Positions 1-8,621 of a stretch of 64,000 nt of DNA are shown one piece after another. The translations under genes were made by a program, and so were the position numbers. Each line of letters starts with the position of its first letter. Position 1 is the first letter of the stretch. The DNA is from Nanobdellota archaeon (GTDB taxonomy: Archaea; Nanobdellota; Nanobdellia; Woesearchaeales; GW2011-AR4), in NCBI GenBank assembly GCA_038046685.1, contig JBBSVT010000074.1, positions 389 through 64,388 on the forward strand. Reading direction: 5' to 3'. A model generated the notes under the pieces. It was not told where the DNA came from, searched no databases, and worked only from the letters and a program-made list of their open reading frames with translations.

Positions 1-2
1 TG

Positions 3-197
3 TTATAAGCGTTTCTGCTTATCCATTTGAATTCGAACCATGAGTATCCAATTCCAAAGCCATGCAATAAAGGCAAAATCCCAATCGCCAGTAATGCTAT
101 TGCAACTCCAAAAGACCACCATCCAACAACATTGCTGTTTGTTATCTCTATAACTGAATTTATTGCGAGGTAAAATCCAGCTCCTGCAACAACCCAT
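3..197 (-). CDS. membrane protein fragment (3' part runs off window start)
   Basis: ORF track; hydrophobic/Trp-rich translation; partial only. Confidence 0.25.
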   Translation of the reverse strand: MGCCRSWILPRNKFSYRDNKQQCCWMVVFWSCNSITGDWDFAFIAWLWNWILMVRIQMDKQKRL

Positions 198-366
198 GTG
201 AGCAAAGAAACCGGAAGATTGTTTAGGAAAGTAAACTTGCCGAGCAACGGGAATAAGCCAAGAAGAAGGATTATCAAGCCAACTGCTCCAGAAATCCAGT
301 CTCTGGTTTGCATCATTTTATGGCCTCTTTTTAGTATCAATCAAAAAATGGGATTGGCAGATTTTC

Positions 367-1377
367 TCAGGTTTTCGGCGCTCTTGCCGCTAATTCTGCA
401 AAGTATGTTGCCTCAACTGCAGCTTTTTTCTCAATTTCTTCAACTGCATGAATAACTATCCTAAATCCTTGCGCCACTGGGTGGAACTGAGCCAATATTT
501 TTTCCTCTATTTCTAGAACTTTGAGCTTAAATTTGTCAGTTGGTGCCTTTGGAAGATTATCTTGCTCAACATTTTTTTCAATAATTTCCTTAACTAAGTG
601 GACATCATATAACACCCTGAGAATTAAAATCATATCCCTTTTTTTGATGTTATAACTTTGATAAAATGCGTCTTTCAAGGCAAAAGCAACTTTTTTTGTA
701 TCTAAATAAAGCTGGCCTTCACCTTCTCTTAATTCTTCCTCTGTTTTGCGTTTATGTAAACTAAAATTATGTATTAATACATCTAGATCCCTAGCAATCT
801 GTATAAGATTTTGAATATCAATTTTTTCTCTTGTAACTCCTTTCTTCATTGGAATTTTAAATAATTTGCTTACATCCCCTTCCTTTATGAACATTTGTTT
901 AATTTTAGACATAAAAGTGTCTTTACCGCCTTTCGCCAAGTTCAGTATCATCTCTACATACTTATAGTCCTCCCTTTCCAGTCTGTCTCCATATTTTTTA
1001 GTTCCTTCAAGTATAGCCAAGGTCAACTCCCGTTCCCGATTTAACAATGTTTTGTTCATACCAGTTATCTTACTTAAATCAATCAGTCTTTCCAGAATGT
1101 CCTGCATGGCCCTTACTAACTGCTTGTCTACAGTAATTGCATTAAAGATAAATTTATCAGCATATTCAGCGGATTTTTCCAGCCTTTGAAGTGCCCTTCT
1201 TAATTCTTTTAATGCGCGCGTTACTCTATGAATCTCAATGTCAGTTCTCGCCTTTTTTATATCTTCCAAACCTCTGTACAAGGCATTAACAGCCCTTGTA
1301 GCCTCTATTTTTTCTTTCCAAGAAGTAGCACCAAGTCCTCTTAAAAACGTTGAAAAATACTTTGTCCAAAATCCCAT
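367..1377 (-). CDS. hypothetical alpha-helical/coiled-coil protein
   Basis: 336-aa ORF, charged helical repeats, no recognisable motif. Confidence 0.5.
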   Translation of the reverse strand: MGFWTKYFSTFLRGLGATSWKEKIEATRAVNALYRGLEDIKKARTDIEIHRVTRALKELRRALQRLEKSAEYADKFIFNAITVDKQLVRAMQDILERLIDLSKITGMNKTLLNRERELTLAILEGTKKYGDRLEREDYKYVEMILNLAKGGKDTFMSKIKQMFIKEGDVSKLFKIPMKKGVTREKIDIQNLIQIARDLDVLIHNFSLHKRKTEEELREGEGQLYLDTKKVAFALKDAFYQSYNIKKRDMILILRVLYDVHLVKEIIEKNVEQDNLPKAPTDKFKLKVLEIEEKILAQFHPVAQGFRIVIHAVEEIEKKAAVEATYFAELAARAPKT

Positions 1378-1476
1378 CTCATCTCACCATTTTAATTATC
1401 TTTAACTCTTTTTAACTGTCTTATTTAAATCTTTCTTTTTTGTTGAGTTTTTAAGAGTAGTAAAATATAAAATGAA

Positions 1477-3426
1477 TTGGCAAGGCTGAGCGATGTGCCA
1501 AAACAAAATAAAAAAACTATTATAAACCAGGGTATCATACCTATAAAGATGCTTACTGAAGAATTAAAAAAAGGGGTATATTTTCCTTATTCTGCTGTAA
1601 GGGATGTTCAAAGTGACATGATTTCTGATGTTTACAGCGCCATTAGTGAAAAAAAGCACGCCATTATGCATGCTCCTACTGGCATTGGAAAGACAATCGC
1701 GGTATTAGCCCCTGGTTTGTCCTTAGCCCTAAAACAAAACCTAACAATATTCTTCCTTACATCAAGGCAAACCCAGCATAAAATTGTGATTGACACCTTA
1801 AAGCAAATCAAACAGAAATTTAACCTTGATTTTGATTGCGCCGACATCATTGGCAAGCAGTGGATGTGCTTGCAAAACGGAGTCGAGTCAATGCCATCGG
1901 GTCAATTTCATGAGTACTGCAAATCATTAAGAGAGGAAAGCCAATGTGAATTTTACCTTAATACGAGAAAGCAAAATTTGCAGCCAACCGTTGATGCTAA
2001 GCAGTCAATTGAAGAATTAAAGCAGGAAGGGCCTTGCCATGTTCAAGAATATATTAAGAAAGGTAAGCAAAAAAAATTGTGCCCTTATGAGTTAGCAACA
2101 TTAACAGCAAGCAATGCGCAAGTAGTCATAGCAGATTATTATTACATATTTAATCAGGGAATAAGGCAGAGTTTTTTGCTCAAAATAAAGAAAGAACTTG
2201 AAAACATCATTTTAGTTGTAGACGAGGCGCATAACTTGCCAACACGAATAAGGGAGCTTTTGACGCAAAAAACTTCAAGCTTGGCGATTGAGAGCGCGAA
2301 AAAAGAGGCAAGAAAATATAATTATGAGGAAACAGCACAAAACCTTGAAATTGTTGAGAATGCCCTTTTTGAAGTTGGCAAAAATATAGAAAACGAAGGC
2401 ACTGTCAGCAGGAATGAGTTCATTGATGCAATATGTAAATGCAAAGATTATGGAAACATTTTAACAGAGTTATTATTCATTGGCGAAGACATAAGAGACA
2501 GGCAAAAAATAAGTTATATATTAAGCGTTGGTAAATTTCTCGAGGCATGGCTTGGAACCGATAATGGGTTTGGCAGAATACTTACAAAAACAGTTGACAG
2601 TAAGCTGAAAATAAGCTTAGCTTACAGATGCTTAGACCCTTCGCTGGCTGCAAAGGAGATTATTGAGAAAAGCTATGTAACCATACTTATGTCTGGAACT
2701 TTAACGCCAACCGCAATGTATAAAGACCTGCTTGGCTTTGCCGGCGATGTCGTTGAAAAAGAATACGAAAGCCCGTTCCCAAAGAAAAATCGGCTAAATT
2801 TGGTAATTCCAAGAACCACCACAAAGTTTGTCGAGAGAAATAACAGGCAGTTTAACGAAATATCGAGGATTTGCTCTGAAATTGTCAATTTAATAAATGG
2901 AAATTCAGCTATATTCTTTCCAAGTTATGAGCTGATGTTAAATATCAATGAGCATTTTAAGGAAAATTGCAGCAAACCAATATTTATTGAAAAACAAAAA
3001 ATGACGAAAAAAGAGAAAGAGGAATTATTGGCCGTTTTCAAAAGCTATAAGGATAAAGGTGCTGTGCTTCTTGGCATATCCACGGGCTCTTTTGGAGAAG
3101 GCATAGATTTGCCTGGTGTGCTTAAGTCAGTTATTATTGTTGGACTGCCTTTAAACAAACCAGATGTTGAAGCGAAGTTGTTGATTGAATACTATGACGA
3201 TAAATTTGGCAAAGGCTTTGAATATGGGTATGTGTCTCCTGCAATCACAAAATGCCTACAGAATGCTGGAAGATGTATAAGGTCAGAGACAGACAAAGGC
3301 GCAATTATTTTTCTTGATGAAAGATTCATTTATAGAAATTACTATCAATGCTTTCCAGAGGATTGGGATATGGAGGTTAGTTTGGATTATGAAGAGATTT
3401 TGAGGGAGTTTTTTGGGCGAAAATAA
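1477..3426 (+). CDS. xpd: XPD/Rad3 (DinG-like) DEAH-box DNA helicase with Fe-S cysteine cluster
   Basis: Q-motif FPYSAVRDVQ, Walker A HAPTGIGKT, DEAH box VVDEAHNL, four Cys between helicase motifs (CADIIGKQWMC, CEFY, CPYE). Track start is TTG; an ATG at 1546 is an alternative start. Confidence 0.85.
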   Translation: MARLSDVPKQNKKTIINQGIIPIKMLTEELKKGVYFPYSAVRDVQSDMISDVYSAISEKKHAIMHAPTGIGKTIAVLAPGLSLALKQNLTIFFLTSRQTQHKIVIDTLKQIKQKFNLDFDCADIIGKQWMCLQNGVESMPSGQFHEYCKSLREESQCEFYLNTRKQNLQPTVDAKQSIEELKQEGPCHVQEYIKKGKQKKLCPYELATLTASNAQVVIADYYYIFNQGIRQSFLLKIKKELENIILVVDEAHNLPTRIRELLTQKTSSLAIESAKKEARKYNYEETAQNLEIVENALFEVGKNIENEGTVSRNEFIDAICKCKDYGNILTELLFIGEDIRDRQKISYILSVGKFLEAWLGTDNGFGRILTKTVDSKLKISLAYRCLDPSLAAKEIIEKSYVTILMSGTLTPTAMYKDLLGFAGDVVEKEYESPFPKKNRLNLVIPRTTTKFVERNNRQFNEISRICSEIVNLINGNSAIFFPSYELMLNINEHFKENCSKPIFIEKQKMTKKEKEELLAVFKSYKDKGAVLLGISTGSFGEGIDLPGVLKSVIIVGLPLNKPDVEAKLLIEYYDDKFGKGFEYGYVSPAITKCLQNAGRCIRSETDKGAIIFLDERFIYRNYYQCFPEDWDMEVSLDYEEILREFFGRK

Positions 3427-3835
3427 GAATTGTTCGCTATTAATTTTTATTACCATTTTCAGGTATTGAAGGATTCACAAAATGACGGCTTTTCAATCCC
3501 GTCCGGGAGATTTTTGGTGAAACTTCTCTTACTAAGTCCTGAGGAAATTCTGATTATCTTCTTGGGATAAGTTTTCCTCTCTGAAGCTCGTCATTTACCA
3601 TACCCACAAGCGTTCTGAGACCTTGTCCATAAACCGTTCTCGGTGAATTAATATATTGAATAAAATCCTTAGCCACACTTATCAAATGCTCGTTAATATA
3701 CACTTGCATTTCAGTCATTATCCAAGAAAGTGGACTTCATCTTAAAATTTTTAGGTTATTGTAATTAATATACATTTCCCTATACTAGTATCTAAAATAG
3801 AAATATTTATATACTTGTAATGCTTTCTGCTAAAA

Positions 3836-4246
3836 ATGGTTATCCTTTTTGACAGGTTTAACCTGCCAGAGGACGTATATGAAGTTGTTTTTGCGACAAA
3901 GCAGCAAATCATTGTGGCTAAACTGCTTATAGAGATGATGAAGGATAATGGCGGTGAGATAGGCAAAACAGAGATGTCTTTGTTTGCAACCAAGCTTCAT
4001 GAAGGTAATCTGATTACAGATCTTATAGAGGAACCCCCCTATAAAGGGAAGAAAGTGAAAGTCAGCTACAATAAAAGGCAGTTTTATGACAGAATTTTAA
4101 CTCCAATGAAAAGCATGGGTATAATTGATTACGACCTTTACAAGAAAACATACAAGGTAAGCGACAAATTCAACAAAGATTTACAGCATATTGGCTTGAT
4201 GTGGATAAGGGAATTGCGTAAACCGCCAAAATCTCTAGTAAGATAA
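3836..4246 (+). CDS. hypothetical protein
   Basis: 136-aa ORF, no motif recognised. Confidence 0.4.
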   Translation: MVILFDRFNLPEDVYEVVFATKQQIIVAKLLIEMMKDNGGEIGKTEMSLFATKLHEGNLITDLIEEPPYKGKKVKVSYNKRQFYDRILTPMKSMGIIDYDLYKKTYKVSDKFNKDLQHIGLMWIRELRKPPKSLVR

Positions 4247-4428
4247 GCACGCTAAAATTTCATAATAATCAAATTCAAAAAGTATCAATACATGAAGCGA
4301 ACCATAATGGTAGAATAAGAAAACCTTATTTTCAATTTGGCCCCCAGCTTAATTCTTTTCAACACACCCCCACGTATAAAGAATAAAGGGGGCCAAATCA
4401 TTATAAAGAAGAAGTGAAATGATGTATA

Positions 4429-4773
4429 ATGGCCCATGAGAGTTTGATAAGAGAAGGCAGAAAAGCGTTAAGGCAGAATATTGGCCCAGAGGAAGTGAGA
4501 ATATATTTCTTAAAGAAAGGGATGGATAAAAAAGAGGCAAATAAAGCAATTAAAGAGATTCAGGCGGAAAAACTAATTAAAGATTCCAGGAAAGCGGCAA
4601 TAGAAAAAAAATTGAGGATAAATGCACAGAATGCTGAAAGCTCTCGAATTCAGAAAAAACCATCTTCTTTCTGGCTGTACATGTTGATTTTGCTGATTAT
4701 AGTGTTGATAGTATACATGATATCTAGGGAAAAATTAAGTCTGGGAACCTTTATCATAAAAAATTTTAAATAA
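4429..4773 (+). CDS. small protein with C-terminal transmembrane helix
   Basis: 114-aa ORF, Lys-rich N-terminus, hydrophobic C-terminus (FWLYMLILLIIVLIVYMI). Confidence 0.35.
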   Translation: MAHESLIREGRKALRQNIGPEEVRIYFLKKGMDKKEANKAIKEIQAEKLIKDSRKAAIEKKLRINAQNAESSRIQKKPSSFWLYMLILLIIVLIVYMISREKLSLGTFIIKNFK

Positions 4774-4794
4774 TCATTTTCTAAGCCTTAGGTT

Positions 4795-5439
4795 ATGGTT
4801 GATTTCGACAAGCTAAAAGAAGAGCAGCTTAAGTTAGCCAACAACATTGTCACAAAAGATTCGTTTGACAAGATTAGATTAATTGCAGGTGTAGATTGCG
4901 CTTTTAGCCATGACAAGATTATTGCAGTAATTGTTATTTGTGATTATAAGACAATGGAGCTGAAAGAAAAGGTATTCGCTGTTGTAAGCGCAAAAGTTCC
5001 TTACCTGAAAGGGTTTCTTGCTTACAGAGAAGGTCCTGCAATATCAGAAGCCTATTCAAGGCTTGGAAATAGGCCTGACATGATGCTTTTTGACGGCAAT
5101 GGAATTTTGCACCCAAGAAGGTGTGGGTTAGCATCGCATTTAGGAGTATCGCTTGAGCAGGCTTCAATTGGAATTGCGAAACAGCTGCTTATTGGAGAAG
5201 TCAAGGGAAATATTGTATATGTTGATAAAGAAGCAAGAGCGAAATTGATTGTCACACGGGAACATTCAAGACCAGTTTATGTAAGCCCCGGGCATAAAGT
5301 AAGCCTAAAAACAAGCGTAGATATTGTGAAAAACTGCCTAAGGTTTCCGCATAAATTGCCGGAGCCTTTGCATTTGGCTCACAGGTATGCAAATGGGATA
5401 AGAGAAAAGATTGGTAAAGGAGAAATAAAAGTAAGTTAA
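4795..5439 (+). CDS. nfi: endonuclease V (deoxyinosine 3' endonuclease)
   Basis: IAGVDCAF, PYLKGFLAYREGPA, DGNGILHPRRCGLASHLGV match the Nfi signature. Confidence 0.85.
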   Translation: MVDFDKLKEEQLKLANNIVTKDSFDKIRLIAGVDCAFSHDKIIAVIVICDYKTMELKEKVFAVVSAKVPYLKGFLAYREGPAISEAYSRLGNRPDMMLFDGNGILHPRRCGLASHLGVSLEQASIGIAKQLLIGEVKGNIVYVDKEARAKLIVTREHSRPVYVSPGHKVSLKTSVDIVKNCLRFPHKLPEPLHLAHRYANGIREKIGKGEIKVS

Positions 5440-5572
5440 GTGATAATTTTTTAGTGTTTTTTATGCTCAATTTATGTGAGGTGTGTAGTAGATACCAAAA
5501 GGTTTAGACTTTTTTCCCGGCTAAATCGTTCTCGGCGTACATTTGGCAAAATCAGGCAAAAGGTTTTTATAG

Positions 5573-5842
5573 TTGTTTAGATTGAGTATTCATATGCCAA
5601 TCACTATTACATCAGACGAAAAGGGGAATATACACATCCCAAGAGAATTCGGAATAAAGCCAAGAGAGAGGCTATTAATCGACAAAATGGATGATACAAT
5701 ACTTATTAAAAAAGTTAAGCACGAAGTTAAAAATGTAAAAGAAATAGGAGATGAAATAGTTGGAATTCTAAAAGAAAATCTGAAAGATGTTAAATGGGAA
5801 GATATTGAGAAAGGTAGAGAAGATAGAGAAAGAGAATGGTAA
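5573..5842 (+). CDS. AbrB/SpoVT-domain antitoxin (VapB-like); probable true start ATG at 5593
   Basis: MPITITSDEKGNIHIPREFGI swapped-hairpin motif; 4-nt overlap with the downstream PIN gene. Confidence 0.7.
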   Translation: MFRLSIHMPITITSDEKGNIHIPREFGIKPRERLLIDKMDDTILIKKVKHEVKNVKEIGDEIVGILKENLKDVKWEDIEKGREDREREW

Positions 5843-6234
5843 TTGGTGTGGATACAGGATTTTTTATTGAATTGACTAAAGATAATTCTGAAGCAGTTAA
5901 TATCTGGAATAAAATTTTAAGTGGAGACGAAGAATTAGCTGTTTCTGTTATTTCGTTAAATGAATTATCAGTTTATTTTTATAGAACAGGCAACATACAA
6001 AAGAAAGATAAATTAATTGATTTGATTAAATCAATTCCAAATATAGAATTAGTTCCAGTATCTACTTAAATTGCAGAAGAATCAGCAAAATATAGGCATA
6101 GTTTGGGAATTCCAACTGTAGACTCCATAATTTTAACAACTTTTATTCTTCAAGGTTGCAAAGAAATTGTTGCTACAGATAGACATTTTGAGAAGGCTGA
6201 TGAGCAGAATTTAATTAAAGTAAAGATAATCTGA
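5836..6234 (+). pseudogene. VapC PIN-domain toxin interrupted by an in-frame TAA (6067-6069)
   Basis: PIN N-terminus (IGVDTGFFIEL) ends at TAA; the same frame continues ...IAEESAKYRHSLGIPTVDSIILTT...ATDRHFEKA to TGA at 6232-6234; a likely GAA>TAA lesion in 'VPVST*IAEES'. Confidence 0.65.
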
Positions 6235-6351
6235 TTTTGCCAAATGTTTGTATAAAATCTTATTTTATGCGAAGCTGGGAAGAGAAACCCCATTTTCGAG
6301 TGTAGAATCGTTAGGGCTTAGGCGAATTTTGAATATTTTTTTTTACAATAT

Positions 6352-6816
6352 TTAAAATTTCTCATTAATATATTTGGACACAGCTTTCTGGAATTTTTCG
6401 GAATGACTTAACTCGCTCACTAGATATGTTGCTGCAGCAGCAACCCAATAACAAGCTATATCCTGATAATCAAAAACTCCCTCTTCAGGATGGATTACAG
6501 GATAATATTCATGAAGTGTTAGTGCAATTGGAACTAATATTGATGATAACGCTCTTGCAACCTTATCCTTACCAGATACCAACAAACCCATTGAAGTCAA
6601 TACACCAGAGAGGCCAACATCACTTAGATGTCCAGAAAGCCATGTATTTTTTAATGGAGTTCGCTGCAATACTTCACCAACTTGCATTGCAAAGTTATAC
6701 ATGGCAAATTGCATAGAGTTTGTTATTGCTGGAGTTGGATTTAAGCGAATCTCATTTATTTTAGAGAAAGTACCTTCAACTCCTCTTTCAACGATATCAG
6801 TTAATCCCATAAACAA
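6352..6816 (-). CDS. hypothetical protein (likely ATG start at 6810)
   Basis: 154-aa ORF; TTTATAAA box 25-34 nt upstream of the ATG on the minus strand. Confidence 0.5.
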   Translation of the reverse strand: MFMGLTDIVERGVEGTFSKINEIRLNPTPAITNSMQFAMYNFAMQVGEVLQRTPLKNTWLSGHLSDVGLSGVLTSMGLLVSGKDKVARALSSILVPIALTLHEYYPVIHPEEGVFDYQDIACYWVAAAATYLVSELSHSEKFQKAVSKYINEKF

Positions 6817-6859
6817 AACTCTAAGTTATTGCTTTTATAAATCTTTCGCTTTTCGCCAC

Positions 6860-6936
6860 AATCAAGTAGTAAATCAAGTGCCACAGAAACGGGTGGTTGG
6901 CGGGGCGAGTGGTGGCGGTTCGATTGATTTTGTTTA
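6860..6936 (+). ncRNA. candidate small structured GC-rich RNA (function unknown)
   Basis: GC/G-rich island (GGGTGGTTGGCGGGGCGAGTGGTGGCGG) in otherwise AT-rich spacer; CGCCAC(6854-6859)/GTGGCG(6914-6919) can close a stem; palindromic TATA TTTATAAA (6835-6842) about 25 nt upstream; oligo-T (6926-6935) downstream. Confidence 0.2.
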
Positions 6937-7122
6937 AGTTGCATTATTGGATTATCAACCTACAAAATTCAAATTTATTAAAAAACCTCAACTTTCAATC
7001 AAAACATTTCAAATTAAAAAACTTTTATAAACAAAATAAATTAACTAAATTATATTTCATTGCGAACGAAGTGAGCACTCGGGACTTTATGTCCCGCAAA
7101 GTGTCAACTGATTTTGCAGTTG

Positions 7123-7194
7123 GGGCCCATGGTCTAGTGGCTAGGACACAACCTTCACAGGGTTGGGGCAGGAGTTCAATTCTTCTTGGGCCCA
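7123..7194 (+). tRNA. tRNA-Val (anticodon CAC), CCA not encoded
   Basis: Manual cloverleaf: acceptor GGGCCCA/TGGGCCC, D-stem GTCT/GGAC, anticodon stem CAACC/GGTTG with loop TTCACAG, T-stem AGGAG/CTTCT with loop TTCAATT, discriminator A; 72 nt. Confidence 0.75.
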
Positions 7195-7206
7195 TTAAAT
7201 TATTTT

Positions 7207-7452
7207 TTATTGAATATTCTTCCGTTCATAAATTGAGTAAAGAAAATAGATCATTGCTGGAAGTGCAATCACAAATAAGAACAAGATAAGCGGATTGTTA
7301 CAGTAGAAAGGAGTGGGACCCATTGCGATGCGAAAACATAAAAAGGGGAGGAAACTATAGACAAAAAATCCCACAACAGCGACTGATAATGTTGTTACAA
7401 CTTTCCTAATATTTGGTTTTAGGTATTTTATATCCATATTAATTAAAATCAA
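7207..7452 (-). CDS. small membrane protein
   Basis: 81-aa ORF with two hydrophobic helices. Confidence 0.3.
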   Translation of the reverse strand: MILINMDIKYLKPNIRKVVTTLSVAVVGFFVYSFLPFLCFRIAMGPTPFYCNNPLILFLFVIALPAMIYFLYSIYERKNIQ

Positions 7453-7459
7453 AATTTAA

Positions 7460-7756
7460 TCAAATCCCCAAAGCAATTTTTGCCTCTTCAGACATCTTCT
7501 CAGAATTCCAAGCTGGGCTAAAGGTCAATTCAATGACACATTCACCAACACCGTCAATTGCAGAAACCTGCCTTCTTACATCATCCATGAGCATAGGCCC
7601 ATAGGGGCACATTGGCGATGTTAAGGTCATCAGAATATTTACCTTGCTTCCTTCAATTTCAATGTTATAGATTAATCCAAGACTCCATATATCATACTGT
7701 ATTTCAGGATCATAAACCTTCTTTAAGACTTCAATAACCTTCTCTTTCTCAACCAT
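7460..7756 (-). CDS. DUF59 (MIP18/SufT-like) Fe-S cluster assembly protein
   Basis: VLKKVYDPEIQYDIWSLGLIY...LTSPMCPYGPML is characteristic of the DUF59 family. Confidence 0.75.
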   Translation of the reverse strand: MVEKEKVIEVLKKVYDPEIQYDIWSLGLIYNIEIEGSKVNILMTLTSPMCPYGPMLMDDVRRQVSAIDGVGECVIELTFSPAWNSEKMSEEAKIALGI

Positions 7757-7926
7757 GCTGGTCGAAACCTTTTTATTCTATAAAAATGTTTTCATTTGGT
7801 ATGAATTTTTTTGAGCTGTCAGATAAAAACAATCTATCCTTAGTTTTTTATTGATTGTACCAGCTCAAAAAATTAATAATAACATTTAAATTAACATCCA
7901 TAAACTTAAGTATATAGAGTTTAGTC

Positions 7927-8577
7927 ATGATTCATATGGCCCAAAAAATCGAGCTGATAAATTTTTGGAAAGAGAACTTTAGTTTTAGAGATATGGAGCT
8001 AAATGCTTTTAAAGAAATAAATAGGGAAGATTTTGTGAATGATGACCTTAAAAATATAGCGTATCAAGACACGCCTTTGCCTCTGCTTCGAGGAAAAACC
8101 ATTTCACAACCGACCACAGTTATGATTATGACGCATGCGCTAGAGCTAGAGCCTGGTGAAAAGGTATTTGAGATAGGCACTGGCTCAGGCTATCAAGCAG
8201 CTATAATAGGAAAGATTGTAGGGCATAAAGGCAAAGTTATTACCACAGAAGTTGTTCCTGAATTGGTTGGCTTTGCAAAACAAAATCTAAGGAAAGCAGG
8301 CATAAGGAACGTTTTTGTATACGAAGATGACGGCTCAAACGGCATGCATAATGAGGCGCCTTTTGACAAGGTAGTAATCACAGCAGCATGCAAGGAATTT
8401 CCAAAGCCATTGCTTAAGCAGCTCAAGCCTTACGGCATAATAATTGGTCCGGTTGGAAATGAAAACGAGCAGGAAATGGTGAGGGGAATAAAAGACAAAA
8501 ATGACCACTTGCAACTAGAGTTCCTAGGACCTTTTTTATTTACACCAATGTACGGGAAATATGGCTTTGTGGTTTGA
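7927..8577 (+). CDS. pcm: protein-L-isoaspartate O-methyltransferase
   Basis: TISQPTTV, SAM motif EIGTGSGYQAAI, VVITAA; ends with TGA. Confidence 0.85.
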   Translation: MIHMAQKIELINFWKENFSFRDMELNAFKEINREDFVNDDLKNIAYQDTPLPLLRGKTISQPTTVMIMTHALELEPGEKVFEIGTGSGYQAAIIGKIVGHKGKVITTEVVPELVGFAKQNLRKAGIRNVFVYEDDGSNGMHNEAPFDKVVITAACKEFPKPLLKQLKPYGIIIGPVGNENEQEMVRGIKDKNDHLQLEFLGPFLFTPMYGKYGFVV

Positions 8578-8621
8578 AACATTAAATTAATAAATAGCTT
8601 ATCAACACTTATTGATGGAAA

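Noticed and set aside
6851-6936. GC-rich island tested as a tRNA or tRNA fragment
   Set aside because: An acceptor-like CGCCAC/GTGGCG pairing exists, but there is no T-arm (no GTTCRANYC flanked by a 5-bp stem) and no sensible anticodon arm. Kept only as a candidate unclassified ncRNA.
7060-7122. Box C/D sRNA upstream of tRNA-Val (a CTGA D-box-like sequence at ~7107)
   Set aside because: No C box (RUGAUGA) or C'/D' arrangement could be found, so the D-box-like tetramer alone is not sufficient.
198-7289. Track ORFs 198..455(+), 6426..6716(+), 6701..6937(+) and 6897..7289(+)
   Set aside because: They overlap better-supported genes on the other strand, or span the tRNA and GC-rich island. They have no motifs and implausible composition, so they are judged spurious.
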